The notes beneath the pieces are model-generated. The model saw nothing but the letters and a program-made list of their open reading frames with translations. It was not told the origin of the DNA and ran no database searches. Shown piece by piece: positions 9,424-18,587 of a DNA stretch of 64,000 nucleotides. Both the position numbers and the translations under genes were made by a program. Origin of the DNA: an uncultured Pseudomonadales bacterium (GTDB lineage: Bacteria; Patescibacteriota; Microgenomatia; UBA1400; UBA1396); the NCBI GenBank assembly GCA_964511175.1, contig CAZEEI010000001.1, positions 23,216 to 87,215 of the forward strand, given 5' to 3'. Each line of letters opens with the position of its first letter. Position 1 is the first letter of the stretch.

Positions 9424-10821
9424 CTATGTTACTGAATGATGATAAAAAAATATAGATATCAATATTAGGATATATGAACCAGTCAATAAGCTTACGGCGA
9501 AGTGATCCAGAGAAAAAATGGGTACAAAACTCATTAATAAAATAAGATAAAAAGAGTACAAATAGTTAACAGAAAATGAAAAAGATAAGAGTAAAATAAT
9601 TGTCCCAATTCCTAAATCAATAACAAGAGATAAGAGAGAGGAGTGGATTGGTTGCAGGAATCTACCCTGGAAAAGAGCAATATTAGCATTTGCCGCTAGC
9701 CGTACATTTTGATTCAATCCTTCCCCCCAAATAATCCAGTGAGGCCAGGCTTGGCAAGACGATTTTAATAAGTCAGCTCGCCGGATAAACGAGGGGGCGG
9801 GTAGGTAATTTTGTCCCAAGATCACTACTGCCTGCCAGACAAGAGTACCTAAAATAATGAAGGCAACCGGTAGTATTAGACGTATTTTGGGTTGATTTTT
9901 AAGCCAAGTATTTAAGTTCCGCCTCTGATGATAAAGAATAAAAAGGAGCGGCAAAGAAGCCAAGGCAGTTATTGATTCGGTAATTACGATGGTTGAAAAA
10001 AAGATAATTATTAGCAATAAAATACCTATAGATAAATGTTTTTTTTTGAAAAGCTGGGTCCAAGCGTAGACCACACCCACCACCATCCAGGCGGCTAAGA
10101 TATTAGGGTGAGGAGTGCTGCCATAGGGTAAGCTCCGCACCATTGGCCAGAAATCACTGGTGGCAAGAAAGGAGCTGGCTCGGAACACTGGCTCACCAAA
10201 AAGCCAATAAGGCCCTAGCGATTTTTGGAAAAAGAATTGATACCAAGCCAAAAATGCCTGTAGCAGGACACTACCAATTACCGCCGATGACAAATGTTTT
10301 TGTACCCAGGTTCGATTTTGCGACCAAAATAACAGTAATAGGCCAGGACCGGTTAGCCAGCCTAGTAAAAACAGCAGGGAAGCCAGCGGTCGATCAGTGG
10401 TAAAACTGCGGCCAATTATCATTAAAATCAGCCCAAAGGTTAAGACAATTCTGCTCCGCAAACCAAAAAACGTCAAAATAAGCCGCACAGTGGTTTTACC
10501 TCTGGCAACTAACCGCTTTGCTGACACCTTTTGAGTTATTTGATAATAGTTCAACAACCACAGCAACCAAATCAGTAGAGAACTGACGTATAGTTTGGGC
10601 GCCCAATAATCGATGAACACACCATTTAAATAAGACCAAGCCGGACGACTAACCGCAAAAAGATTGATTGGCAAAAACAAAACTGCTAGATAAAATACCA
10701 CTAGCTTAATGTTTTCGATATTAATATATCTTTTGATGTTAATAATTATACTCATAACACTATAAGTAATGTTTGATAGAGTATATATCATCATTGTTTC
10801 TCGATTAATCTCACGATACAA
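9424..10821 (-). CDS. O-antigen ligase-like (Wzy_C) membrane protein; start uncertain
   Basis: Many TM segments, YGSTPHPNILAAW, WGEGLNQ, QPIHS...DLG. Confidence 0.78.
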   Translation of the reverse strand: MYREINRETMMIYTLSNITYSVMSIIINIKRYINIENIKLVVFYLAVLFLPINLFAVSRPAWSYLNGVFIDYWAPKLYVSSLLIWLLWLLNYYQITQKVSAKRLVARGKTTVRLILTFFGLRSRIVLTFGLILMIIGRSFTTDRPLASLLFLLGWLTGPGLLLLFWSQNRTWVQKHLSSAVIGSVLLQAFLAWYQFFFQKSLGPYWLFGEPVFRASSFLATSDFWPMVRSLPYGSTPHPNILAAWMVVGVVYAWTQLFKKKHLSIGILLLIIIFFSTIVITESITALASLPLLFILYHQRRNLNTWLKNQPKIRLILPVAFIILGTLVWQAVVILGQNYLPAPSFIRRADLLKSSCQAWPHWIIWGEGLNQNVRLAANANIALFQGRFLQPIHSSLLSLVIDLGIGTIILLLSFSFSVNYLYSFYLILLMSFVPIFSLDHFAVSLLTGSYILILISIFFYHHSVT

Positions 10822-10830
10822 TCAACCACG

Positions 10831-12105
10831 ATGCATTACCAGGTTACTACTCTCAATACAGGCGCTACTTTAATTCAGGTACCGATGGCTGGAGTTAACA
10901 GTGTCACGGTTTTGGCACTAGTTAACGCCGGTCGTCGTTACGAACCAGACTCTCTGGTAGGCATTTCCCACTTCTTAGAACACCTGGTTTTTAAGGGAAC
11001 AGCTAATTACCCGGATGCCCAGGTTTTGTCCGCGGCGATCGATGAACTAGGGGGAGTTTTTAACGCTTTTACTTCCAAAGAGTACACCGGCTATTACGTA
11101 AAATTGGCCGCTCGCTTCATGGATCGGGCACTGGATGTAGTTACCGACATGCTGTGCGCGCCCAAGCTCCGCCAAACTGATATCGATCGGGAAGTGGGAG
11201 TCATTGTTGAGGAAATTAATATGTATGAAGACATGCCGATGCGCAACATCAGTGATGTTTATGATGAACTAATGTTTGCCGGTTCTAACCTGGCTGGGCG
11301 TATTTTGGGTACTAAGGATAGTGTTCGGACGATTAAATCAGCCGACTTTCGCCAGTACATGCAGGATTGGTATGGTTTCCGCAATGTGGTAATCGTGGTG
11401 GCCGGCAGTGCCACCCAAGTTGAAGCCAAAGGCTTGGTGGCACAAATCGAAAAAATGCTAGCCAAAGGCGGCACAACGCGTCAGTCGCACCAACAATCTG
11501 AATATTGGGGGGCTAAATATGGTGCTAAGCGAACGCGGATAATCTACAAAGAAACCGAACAAGCCCACTTTATCATGGGCTATCCAGGCTTAGCCCGCAC
11601 TGATCAGCGTCGTTATCCATTAACCGTTCTGACTACTCTCATGGGCAAAACCATGAGCTCGCGCCTTTTTACGGAAATACGCGAAAAACGCGGTCTTTGC
11701 TACTACGTACGCAGCGAGGCGGATTTTTTCCACGACGTTGGTACTTTTGGTGCCGCCGCCGGAGTTGACCCGCAACGCTTGCAAGAGGCTGTCTCGGCGG
11801 TTTTGGCCGAGTTTCAGAAGATGATCAGCACTCAGCCAGTTACTAAAGCGGAGGTAGAAGCCGCCAAACAAAACCTGATTGGCAGTTTGGCTTTAGATCT
11901 GGAAGATTCACAAAGTATGGCCTCTTGGTACGGCATGAAGCAGTTGTTAGAAGAAAAAGTAGAGACTGAGGCGGAAGTAGTAGCCCAAATTGAAGCCGTT
12001 ACCACGGCAGAAGTTCAAACAGTTGCCCAAGCACTGATTCATCCGGAGGAACTACGTTTTGCTTTAATTGGACCTTTCCATGAGGGAGAAGTTAAAATCG
12101 AGTAA
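10831..12105 (+). CDS. M16 family zinc peptidase
   Basis: GISHFLEHLVFKGT (inverted HxxEH), NAFTSKEYTGYY, SSRLFTEIREKRGLCY. Confidence 0.95.
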   Translation: MHYQVTTLNTGATLIQVPMAGVNSVTVLALVNAGRRYEPDSLVGISHFLEHLVFKGTANYPDAQVLSAAIDELGGVFNAFTSKEYTGYYVKLAARFMDRALDVVTDMLCAPKLRQTDIDREVGVIVEEINMYEDMPMRNISDVYDELMFAGSNLAGRILGTKDSVRTIKSADFRQYMQDWYGFRNVVIVVAGSATQVEAKGLVAQIEKMLAKGGTTRQSHQQSEYWGAKYGAKRTRIIYKETEQAHFIMGYPGLARTDQRRYPLTVLTTLMGKTMSSRLFTEIREKRGLCYYVRSEADFFHDVGTFGAAAGVDPQRLQEAVSAVLAEFQKMISTQPVTKAEVEAAKQNLIGSLALDLEDSQSMASWYGMKQLLEEKVETEAEVVAQIEAVTTAEVQTVAQALIHPEELRFALIGPFHEGEVKIE

Positions 12106-12124
12106 GAACAACGAAAGGAAAAAG

Positions 12125-12592
12125 ATGCAAAAATCAGCAGTTTTAGTTAAACCAGATGGTTTGCAACGCGGCTTAATCGGGGAGATCATTTCCCGGTTTG
12201 AGCGCAAGGGTTTAAAGCTGGCCGGAATTAAGATGATCCAGTTAACCGATGAGATTCTGGATGAGTGGTATTCTCACCACAAAGATAAGCCATTTTTCCC
12301 TAAGTTAAAGGGATTTATGATGCAAACACCGATTGTCGCCATGGTTTGGGAGGGGGTCGATGCCATTGATACCATCCGTCAACTGGTTGGTATTACCAAA
12401 AGCCGGGCTGCTGAAGCCGGTTCGGTACGGGGCGACTTAGCCATGTCGATGTCCAATAATCTAATCCATGCTTCTGACAGCACGCAGGCTGCCCAACGCG
12501 AAATAGGGCTGTTGTTTGGCGAGGAAGATATTTTTACCTACGTGAGTGCGACCGACGTACTGGTTTATAGCGATGAAGAACGCGACCTTTAG
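12125..12592 (+). CDS. ndk: Nucleoside diphosphate kinase
   Basis: VKPDGLQRGLIGEIISRFERKG, GSVRGD, NLIHASDS. Confidence 0.97.
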   Translation: MQKSAVLVKPDGLQRGLIGEIISRFERKGLKLAGIKMIQLTDEILDEWYSHHKDKPFFPKLKGFMMQTPIVAMVWEGVDAIDTIRQLVGITKSRAAEAGSVRGDLAMSMSNNLIHASDSTQAAQREIGLLFGEEDIFTYVSATDVLVYSDEERDL

Positions 12593-13553
12593 GGTGTAAC
12601 CCTCCAGGCGTGGAGTGCAAATGGGAACCTCCTCTCCCTCTTAATTCGGCCCACCAGACGCCTAGGGCAACCAAGGCTAAGGCCACCATTACACCAGGCG
12701 TGACCGGTTCGTGGAGAAAAAACACGGCCAGAGGCACGTAGAAGATTGGTTCCAGGTAAGTAAATAAGCCGGCCTCAGAAGCCTCCATGTTATTTTGGCC
12801 AATAATATAGGCGGTTAAGCCGATAATCGAACCAAATGTTGCCATATAAAGACTGGACCAGCCCACAATCGGCTGCTGCAACTGCTGCCAGCCAATCGAC
12901 ACCAACTCGTTAAAGTTTAAGCCGAGTTTAAACATCGAAAGACCGGCAAAACATACCATGCCAACGTAAAAACTAATCGTGGTGACAAAAAATTTAGGCA
13001 GTTTTTGATAGTATTTTTTGGCCAGCAGCAAGGCGGCGGCCATAATGAAATTGTAAGCAACGACCAAAGCGTTACCGCTAAAAGAAACCCGGTCCACCAA
13101 CATCTGTCCGTCGAGTAGGGGTTCAATGGCCAGAAAGAGCGTACCACTCAAAGCTAGACCCAAACCAATCCATTCGCGTTTTTCCTCTTTTTCGTGTAAG
13201 AAAATAATGCCACCGAGCGTCAAAAAAAAGGGCAGAGTGGTGACGATCAAACTGGCTTCTAGTGAAGAAGTGCGGTCTAGTCCTTCATATAAAACACTTA
13301 GAGCCAGTACAGTGCCCAGTAGTTCAATGCCGACAATACGGGGAATGTAGCGGATTAACCGCCGCTGTCGCCAAAGGTACCAAACTAAAATCGGCGTAGA
13401 AAGGATTGCCGCCAAAACATAGCGGTAAAGCAAGAATTGAAAGGGGGTAGTAACGGAGAGCGCCGGTTTCACAATGGGCAGAGCCACACCCCAAACGGCA
13501 ACATTAATCAGCAGAAAAATTACGCCGATAGTACGTGGTCGTAAGGCAGGCAT
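12534..13553 (-). CDS. EamA/DMT family transporter
   Basis: Ten-TM duplicated pattern, PFQFLLYRY, IFLHEK, YLEPIF...FFLHE; 3' end overlaps ndk convergently. Confidence 0.9.
   Translation of the reverse strand: MPALRPRTIGVIFLLINVAVWGVALPIVKPALSVTTPFQFLLYRYVLAAILSTPILVWYLWRQRRLIRYIPRIVGIELLGTVLALSVLYEGLDRTSSLEASLIVTTLPFFLTLGGIIFLHEKEEKREWIGLGLALSGTLFLAIEPLLDGQMLVDRVSFSGNALVVAYNFIMAAALLLAKKYYQKLPKFFVTTISFYVGMVCFAGLSMFKLGLNFNELVSIGWQQLQQPIVGWSSLYMATFGSIIGLTAYIIGQNNMEASEAGLFTYLEPIFYVPLAVFFLHEPVTPGVMVALALVALGVWWAELRGRGGSHLHSTPGGLHPKGRVLHRYKPVRRSHSRR
12591..12612 (+). repeat. 22-bp dispersed repeat, copy 1 (AGGGTGTAACCCTCCAGGCGTG)
   Basis: 13-bp interrupted palindrome plus 9-bp tail; four more copies in the window. 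Confidence 0.85.
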
Positions 13554-13600
13554 GCAGTCATTGTAGCCTATGCTATAGTGATGAGAAGTAGGGAGATACG

Positions 13601-13957
13601 ATGCCACCACGACTATACGAGGGTCCAAAAAAAGAGCCGATTCCGGAAAATAGCTGCTGGATGTGTTTAGGGCAGGTTAAAGTTTCGACTGATCTAAACA
13701 CTAATACTGCCTTGTTATTCAATAGCCTGGAAGCGGGGAAGAAATACTTAAATTACGGAGTTTTGGCGCACGAAAGTGTAGTTCCAGTGCCACAGTATGC
13801 GCGTATTTACCTGGCAACAACCAATGAAATAAGGGTATCAGCTTTTTCTGCCACCGCCGATCGCTGTCTAATCGAGATTACGACCGGAAATTACGCTGGT
13901 AAATTTGCCATTATTTCTGCCGATAACTTTGACAGTCAATTAACACCAGTAAAATAA
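13601..13957 (+). CDS. Hypothetical protein
   Basis: GGGAG RBS before ATG, fills the gap between genes; no recognisable motif. Confidence 0.55.
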   Translation: MPPRLYEGPKKEPIPENSCWMCLGQVKVSTDLNTNTALLFNSLEAGKKYLNYGVLAHESVVPVPQYARIYLATTNEIRVSAFSATADRCLIEITTGNYAGKFAIISADNFDSQLTPVK

Positions 13958-13976
13958 TCCATAGGGCTAGCGAAGT

Positions 13977-14675
13977 TTAATCCCGCAGCTTTTCGTAGGG
14001 CCGGATTTGGTAATCATTTGGCCAGAAATAATAGAGCGTAGCATGTTCTTCGTCATTGATTTCGAAAGCCACTATAGTGCCATCGTCAAAGGTGATTAGT
14101 CCGTGATCATTATCGCCGCCTCTTCTGATTTCAATAATTCCGAGCGCATGGCCACCGATTATTAAGCAGGTTTTCGGCTTTAAGTCCTCTATTGCCATAA
14201 TGCTAGTGACAAATTTGTAACCCTCCGGTGCCGATCCTCGGCGGAACCACCCCACTTGTTGGTCAATCTGATTACCAAGACGAGATTGCCGAAGAGCCAT
14301 CCTCTTTCCCGGGGAATTAGCGTCAGCTAACCGCGCCTGCCAAATACGCAATTCATTGCCATAGGAGTACATCGGGTGAGAACCGGGGGGAACGAGTGCG
14401 ATCGACATCGCATCATGGCGTAACGCCTCTAATTTTAAAAGAACCATAAGCTCAAACATTTCTGAATCTTTCAAAATGGGTAAAATGATTTCTGGTAACA
14501 AAAACCTCGCGAAATAATCAACCCGCAAATTGTTCGAATCAACTGATTGTTCTCCTGCCCGCCGCAAGATACGGTCAATGAATTCAATTAGACCAGGGGT
14601 TTCTGCCTTTGGGTCAAATTCGACCAAAAGGCCACCTTGTTGCTTTTCTTTTACTGCGGGTTTATGAGTAGGCAT
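13977..14675 (-). CDS. Hypothetical protein downstream of tRNA-Pro
   Basis: GGAGG RBS before ATG 14675; long ORF, no motif recognised. Confidence 0.65.
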   Translation of the reverse strand: MPTHKPAVKEKQQGGLLVEFDPKAETPGLIEFIDRILRRAGEQSVDSNNLRVDYFARFLLPEIILPILKDSEMFELMVLLKLEALRHDAMSIALVPPGSHPMYSYGNELRIWQARLADANSPGKRMALRQSRLGNQIDQQVGWFRRGSAPEGYKFVTSIMAIEDLKPKTCLIIGGHALGIIEIRRGGDNDHGLITFDDGTIVAFEINDEEHATLYYFWPNDYQIRPYEKLRD

Positions 14676-14711
14676 AAAAACCTCCAATTAACTTTGTGAC
14701 CATCATACACT

Positions 14712-14787
14712 TGGTCGGGATGACTGGACTCGAACCAGCGACCTCAGCGTCCCGAACGCTGCGCGCTACCATCTGCGCTACATCCCG
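14712..14787 (-). tRNA. tRNA-Pro(CGG), CCA encoded
   Basis: CGGGATG/CATCCCG acceptor stem, anticodon arm CAGCG-TTCGGGA-CGCTG, GGTTCGAGTCC T arm. Confidence 0.97.
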
Positions 14788-14829
14788 TATTCAGCCTCGA
14801 CATTATAACGCAGTTCTCCCTAAAATAAG

Positions 14830-15507
14830 ATGAGGAGGAGTGTGACATCAACTAAAACTAATTTTTTTATTGGTGAAGTAATCGGCATAGGGTGGCAGGC
14901 GTGGCGACGACAGCCCTTACAATTAAGCGGTATTGTGGCGGCGGCGCTGTTGATACCGTACTTACCGGCAACAATCGGTATGGCTTTGGGTGACGAAGCT
15001 GGCTGGTTAACGGTTTTTCTTTTGTTGGGGATGTGGGGATTGGCTTTCCTGATTAATTTAGGTCTCTTACGCGTGTCGCTGAAAGTGACTGATGGTCAGC
15101 CAGTACAGTGGTTGGATTTATTTGCCGAATGGCGTCTACTGCCGCGTTTAGGGTTGGCTACCGGATTATATTTATTAGTGGTGTTAGGTGGCTGTCTAAT
15201 GTTTATTATTCCCGGGATAGTTTGGGCGATTGGACTGCAGTATTATCCCTGGCTGATACTCGAGGGATATGGTCCGGTGGCCGCCCTACAAGAGAGTGCT
15301 CGCCTAACGGTGGGTCACAAGTGGGACTTACTAGCTTGGCACTGGGTGAGTCAACTAATTATTATTTTGGGCATTTTTAGTTTGGGTTTAGGCCTATTAG
15401 TGGCAATGCCAGTGGTTTTAGTGGCTAATACTGCATTGTATCGGTGTCTGCAGGCCATAAGAAAGGAAGTTTATGTCAGGAAAAAGAATGAGAAGAAATG
15501 TTCTTGA
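14830..15507 (+). CDS. Integral membrane protein (DUF975-like)
   Basis: FIIPGIVWAI...GPVAALQESARLTVGHKW pattern; several TM segments. Confidence 0.72.
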   Translation: MRRSVTSTKTNFFIGEVIGIGWQAWRRQPLQLSGIVAAALLIPYLPATIGMALGDEAGWLTVFLLLGMWGLAFLINLGLLRVSLKVTDGQPVQWLDLFAEWRLLPRLGLATGLYLLVVLGGCLMFIIPGIVWAIGLQYYPWLILEGYGPVAALQESARLTVGHKWDLLAWHWVSQLIIILGIFSLGLGLLVAMPVVLVANTALYRCLQAIRKEVYVRKKNEKKCS

Positions 15508-15790
15508 GCGATACAGGTTTGATTCTAATCACCCTAAGACCCCGGCCGAAATTGCGGCCAGCTTAGCAAACTTATTGTCAGATTTTACGGAAAAGAGTTT
15601 TCGGCCAGGCGGACAAGTTATCGACCAGTGGCTGCAACCTTGGTTGGACAGTTTTCTTAATAGTAATGCCAACACACAGCTCGTCTTATTAAGAGAAGCT
15701 TTACAAGGGTGGGGTTTCACCATTAGTTGGGTTTTAGACAGTACCTCTCGCAAACTACTAAGTTTAACCTTTAAACAGCTATTGCGTTAA
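15473..15790 (+). CDS. Hypothetical protein, paralog of 15857-16201
   Basis: Shared FD...P.TPAEIAASL..LLS.F...F.P...VI.Q...WLDSF and near-identical RBS context AAGGAAGT(T/C)TATG. Confidence 0.75.
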   Translation: MSGKRMRRNVLERYRFDSNHPKTPAEIAASLANLLSDFTEKSFRPGGQVIDQWLQPWLDSFLNSNANTQLVLLREALQGWGFTISWVLDSTSRKLLSLTFKQLLR

Positions 15791-15856
15791 GTTAAGAGGC
15801 AAATAACTAGACAAATCCTGACTCAACTGAGACAATCCGGTTCAGGAAGGAAGTCT

Positions 15857-16201
15857 ATGCCAGGAAGAATTGGTTTCGAAAAGTTTGAATTTGATCCCGA
15901 CCGACCGAATACTCCGGCCGAAATCGCGGCCAGTTTGGTGGAATTATTATCCGGTTTTAGCGGCAGGACTTTCCCGCCAGATAGCCCGGTTATCAATCAG
16001 TTACAACGCTGGTTGGATAGTTTTAGTGATGGCGCTACTGGTTTTGCACAACTTCAGCAAGTGAGAGCTGCTTTAGGAGAACAAGGTGTTTTGGTTCATT
16101 GGAACTTATATGGTACACCGGATAAATTACGCCTATATAGTATGGAGATTAACCAATTACCGCGTCTGAGGGAAGCTAATGGGACGGCGTTGTGCCGCTA
16201 A
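15857..16201 (+). CDS. Hypothetical protein, paralog of 15473-15790
   Basis: Same shared motif and RBS context. Confidence 0.75.
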   Translation: MPGRIGFEKFEFDPDRPNTPAEIAASLVELLSGFSGRTFPPDSPVINQLQRWLDSFSDGATGFAQLQQVRAALGEQGVLVHWNLYGTPDKLRLYSMEINQLPRLREANGTALCR

Positions 16202-16211
16202 TTTGGCGTAT

Positions 16212-16943
16212 ATGTCTCAGAATAAGAGTATAAAAAAACTGTTATTGATTTTGCTGGTAGCGGCAGGTTTGGGGACGATAGTTTGGTGGAAACAAAACAG
16301 TAAAATACCCCCACAACATTCCGTCACCGGAACAGAAACTCCTCAGCAAGAAGACATGGCGGCTATCAGATCCTTCATGGGTAATCCAAATCTGGAATTG
16401 ACGTTTATTAACACTGATTTGCCGCTGCCATATTTTAGAGTTGGTAAAGTTACCAAGATAGATAGTGGCGAAAATATGGAGGTTGTCGAGGCTTGGATTC
16501 GTAAGGTCAACATCTATGACCAAAAGGAATTAATTGACGGAGAATGTTCCGTCTACGAATTTAATACTGATGCCAGAAGTCACAATTTGACAGCCGTAAT
16601 CATCCGCGGTTTACGGCAAAGTGAAATTGAAGACTGGAAAAATTCGGGTACATTTTGCAACTTAAATTCGGGCAGCACTCAAAAGTTAACTAAAACTGAA
16701 GCGGAAACTATTGCTATGGTTTATCTTAAGCGTGCCTTACCTAACTTTGAACAGATTAAAGACCAGTTTGTTTATTCGATACAAAATAATGGTGAGTCAC
16801 ACGAATGGCTGTGGGAAGACAGGAATTACCAATTGTCGGAAGAATTAGATAGCCGACCATACCCCAATCCAGTCATTCGCATATCCGTTCATAGTAGTAG
16901 CGAGATCCAGTACTGGAATACTATATCGCTCTTTGAGAATTGA
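16212..16943 (+). CDS. Membrane-anchored exported protein
   Basis: N-terminal KKLLLILLVAAGLGTIVWW anchor, soluble domain with two Cys. Confidence 0.72.
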   Translation: MSQNKSIKKLLLILLVAAGLGTIVWWKQNSKIPPQHSVTGTETPQQEDMAAIRSFMGNPNLELTFINTDLPLPYFRVGKVTKIDSGENMEVVEAWIRKVNIYDQKELIDGECSVYEFNTDARSHNLTAVIIRGLRQSEIEDWKNSGTFCNLNSGSTQKLTKTEAETIAMVYLKRALPNFEQIKDQFVYSIQNNGESHEWLWEDRNYQLSEELDSRPYPNPVIRISVHSSSEIQYWNTISLFEN

Positions 16944-16970
16944 ACACTGATGATTAACGTTATAAGCGAT

Positions 16971-17117
16971 ATGAAAAAGAAAATCTTTATTGCGGTATTA
17001 GCATTGCTTTTTGTTCTTGGATTAGCCTGGTTTTTTGCGATCGAAGACTGTGTGGTGAACAGGAGAGACTTCGGAATTCCTACCGATTGGGCGACAATTA
17101 AAGACTGTAGCTACTAA
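16971..17117 (+). CDS. Small 48-aa membrane-anchored protein
   Basis: Hand translation MKKKIFIAVLALLFVLGLAWFFAIEDCVVNRRDFGIPTDWATIKDCSY; below the ORF-track cutoff. Confidence 0.6.
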   Translation: MKKKIFIAVLALLFVLGLAWFFAIEDCVVNRRDFGIPTDWATIKDCSY

Positions 17118-17126
17118 GCGATTTTG

Positions 17127-17198
17127 TGCTCCTGCCGGGAATCGAACCTGGATCTGGCGCTTAGGAGGCACCCGTTCTATCCATTGAACTACAGGAGC
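17127..17198 (-). tRNA. tRNA-Arg(CCT)
   Basis: GCTCCTG/CAGGAGC acceptor, GGTGC-CTCCTAA-GCGCC anticodon arm, GGTTCGATTCC; CCA not encoded. Confidence 0.96.
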
Positions 17199-17217
17199 GA
17201 TAAAGTAGTAGTTTGTA

Positions 17218-18564
17218 TCACTTTAGATCGATAGTATACAGGTTTTCCGGCGTTATTGCCTCTTGGTTAAAATTAGTCAACATCAGCAGACTCGAACCAT
17301 TGGGCCAGGGATAAACAAAATCATGGTTGAACGGACCAGAATAAACCCGCACGGGATTGCCGCCATCGTACTCCATGATGGTAATCGCATTTTGGTCATG
17401 GGTAATAATGTGGCTCGAGTCGGGAAACCACTGGTAACCATGGGTATAAAGCGGGCTGTGATAGCGCTGGAAATTAATAACCGAATTAAGCGGTTTAGCG
17501 GTTTGGAGACGCAGGAAGGCAGCAGGCGAGGCTTGCAATGAAAGCGGTTGCTTGCTGTCCAAATCAGTAGCCAAAAGCTGTTTAGTGGCGCCAGGAATAA
17601 ACGCGCCAAGATCGGTGCCGATCCGAAACTGACGGTCTTCGTCACGGTCATAAACATAAATGCCGCCCGCTGCCGTAGTTCTTTCCTGGGGCTGAGTGTT
17701 GGAGGCTGGTTTGGCGGGCAGAAGATTGTCCGGTACGGTAAAAATGCTGGTAGCGGTGTACATTAGGTGTTTCTCGTCCGGTGAAAAGTAGGTATTAACC
17801 GCGCTGGTGGTAGCTACTTGTTGCATAAAGTAGGGGAATTTGCTCAGGCGTTCCCGGTCGCGCAAATACATTTCTTCCTCCCACTGCGAGAAAATACTGC
17901 TTAACTGGTAGGAGACATCGGCCTGCTCATCTAGGTCGGTAAGGCGGCTAGGATCCAGTAAAACGCTTTTGTGCGGCGAGATCAGGAGCAGCTGGCCACT
18001 ATTGGGTGACCAGACTATTTGGGTGTCATCTAAAGGGAAGCTGGCCGAAGGTCGTGCAACTTGGCGTGGGCTACGTTGTAGGGCCAGAAGATTATCGGTT
18101 AATTCGAGTACATAAAAACCATTACGGATATCGGCGGAAGCGGAGGCGGTATAGTAGGCCAAATGCTGGCCGTCCGGAGAAGGGACAGGTTTGGCCGCGC
18201 CGGAAAAAGTGAGGGGAGTAAAGCTGGGAGCCGTGGGGAAGAGTAGAGCATTAGCCTGGGTGACCAGCTCTTTTTCAATGACGACGTCTTTTTTCCAGGG
18301 GAGATAGCCATCTTTACTGATTTCAATAGCGTACTGGCCGGGATCTAGGTAAAGGGTATCGTCGGTGGCAGAAGTGAAGCGGCCATTAACCAGCACTCGA
18401 GCGCCGGTAGGTGAAGAATTGGCGACCAGCAGGCCACGACCAGCCACAAGCACATTGCGGGAGGGTCGGTAGCCCTGGGCAAAACGGATCACAATGGCCG
18501 TACCGGTGATAATAATAGCCATTGCGCAAACAGTCCACCAAATGCGCGCGCGAGTATTGGTCAT
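17218..18564 (-). CDS. PEGA-domain membrane-anchored protein with TolB-like propeller repeats
   Basis: TM, GLLVANSSPTGARVLVNG...LDPGQYAIEISKDGYLPWKK; SPDG/WSPNS/WFPDS repeats. Confidence 0.85.
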   Translation of the reverse strand: MTNTRARIWWTVCAMAIIITGTAIVIRFAQGYRPSRNVLVAGRGLLVANSSPTGARVLVNGRFTSATDDTLYLDPGQYAIEISKDGYLPWKKDVVIEKELVTQANALLFPTAPSFTPLTFSGAAKPVPSPDGQHLAYYTASASADIRNGFYVLELTDNLLALQRSPRQVARPSASFPLDDTQIVWSPNSGQLLLISPHKSVLLDPSRLTDLDEQADVSYQLSSIFSQWEEEMYLRDRERLSKFPYFMQQVATTSAVNTYFSPDEKHLMYTATSIFTVPDNLLPAKPASNTQPQERTTAAGGIYVYDRDEDRQFRIGTDLGAFIPGATKQLLATDLDSKQPLSLQASPAAFLRLQTAKPLNSVINFQRYHSPLYTHGYQWFPDSSHIITHDQNAITIMEYDGGNPVRVYSGPFNHDFVYPWPNGSSLLMLTNFNQEAITPENLYTIDLK

Positions 18565-18587
18565 AACCGTATACAATTATAGTCGAA

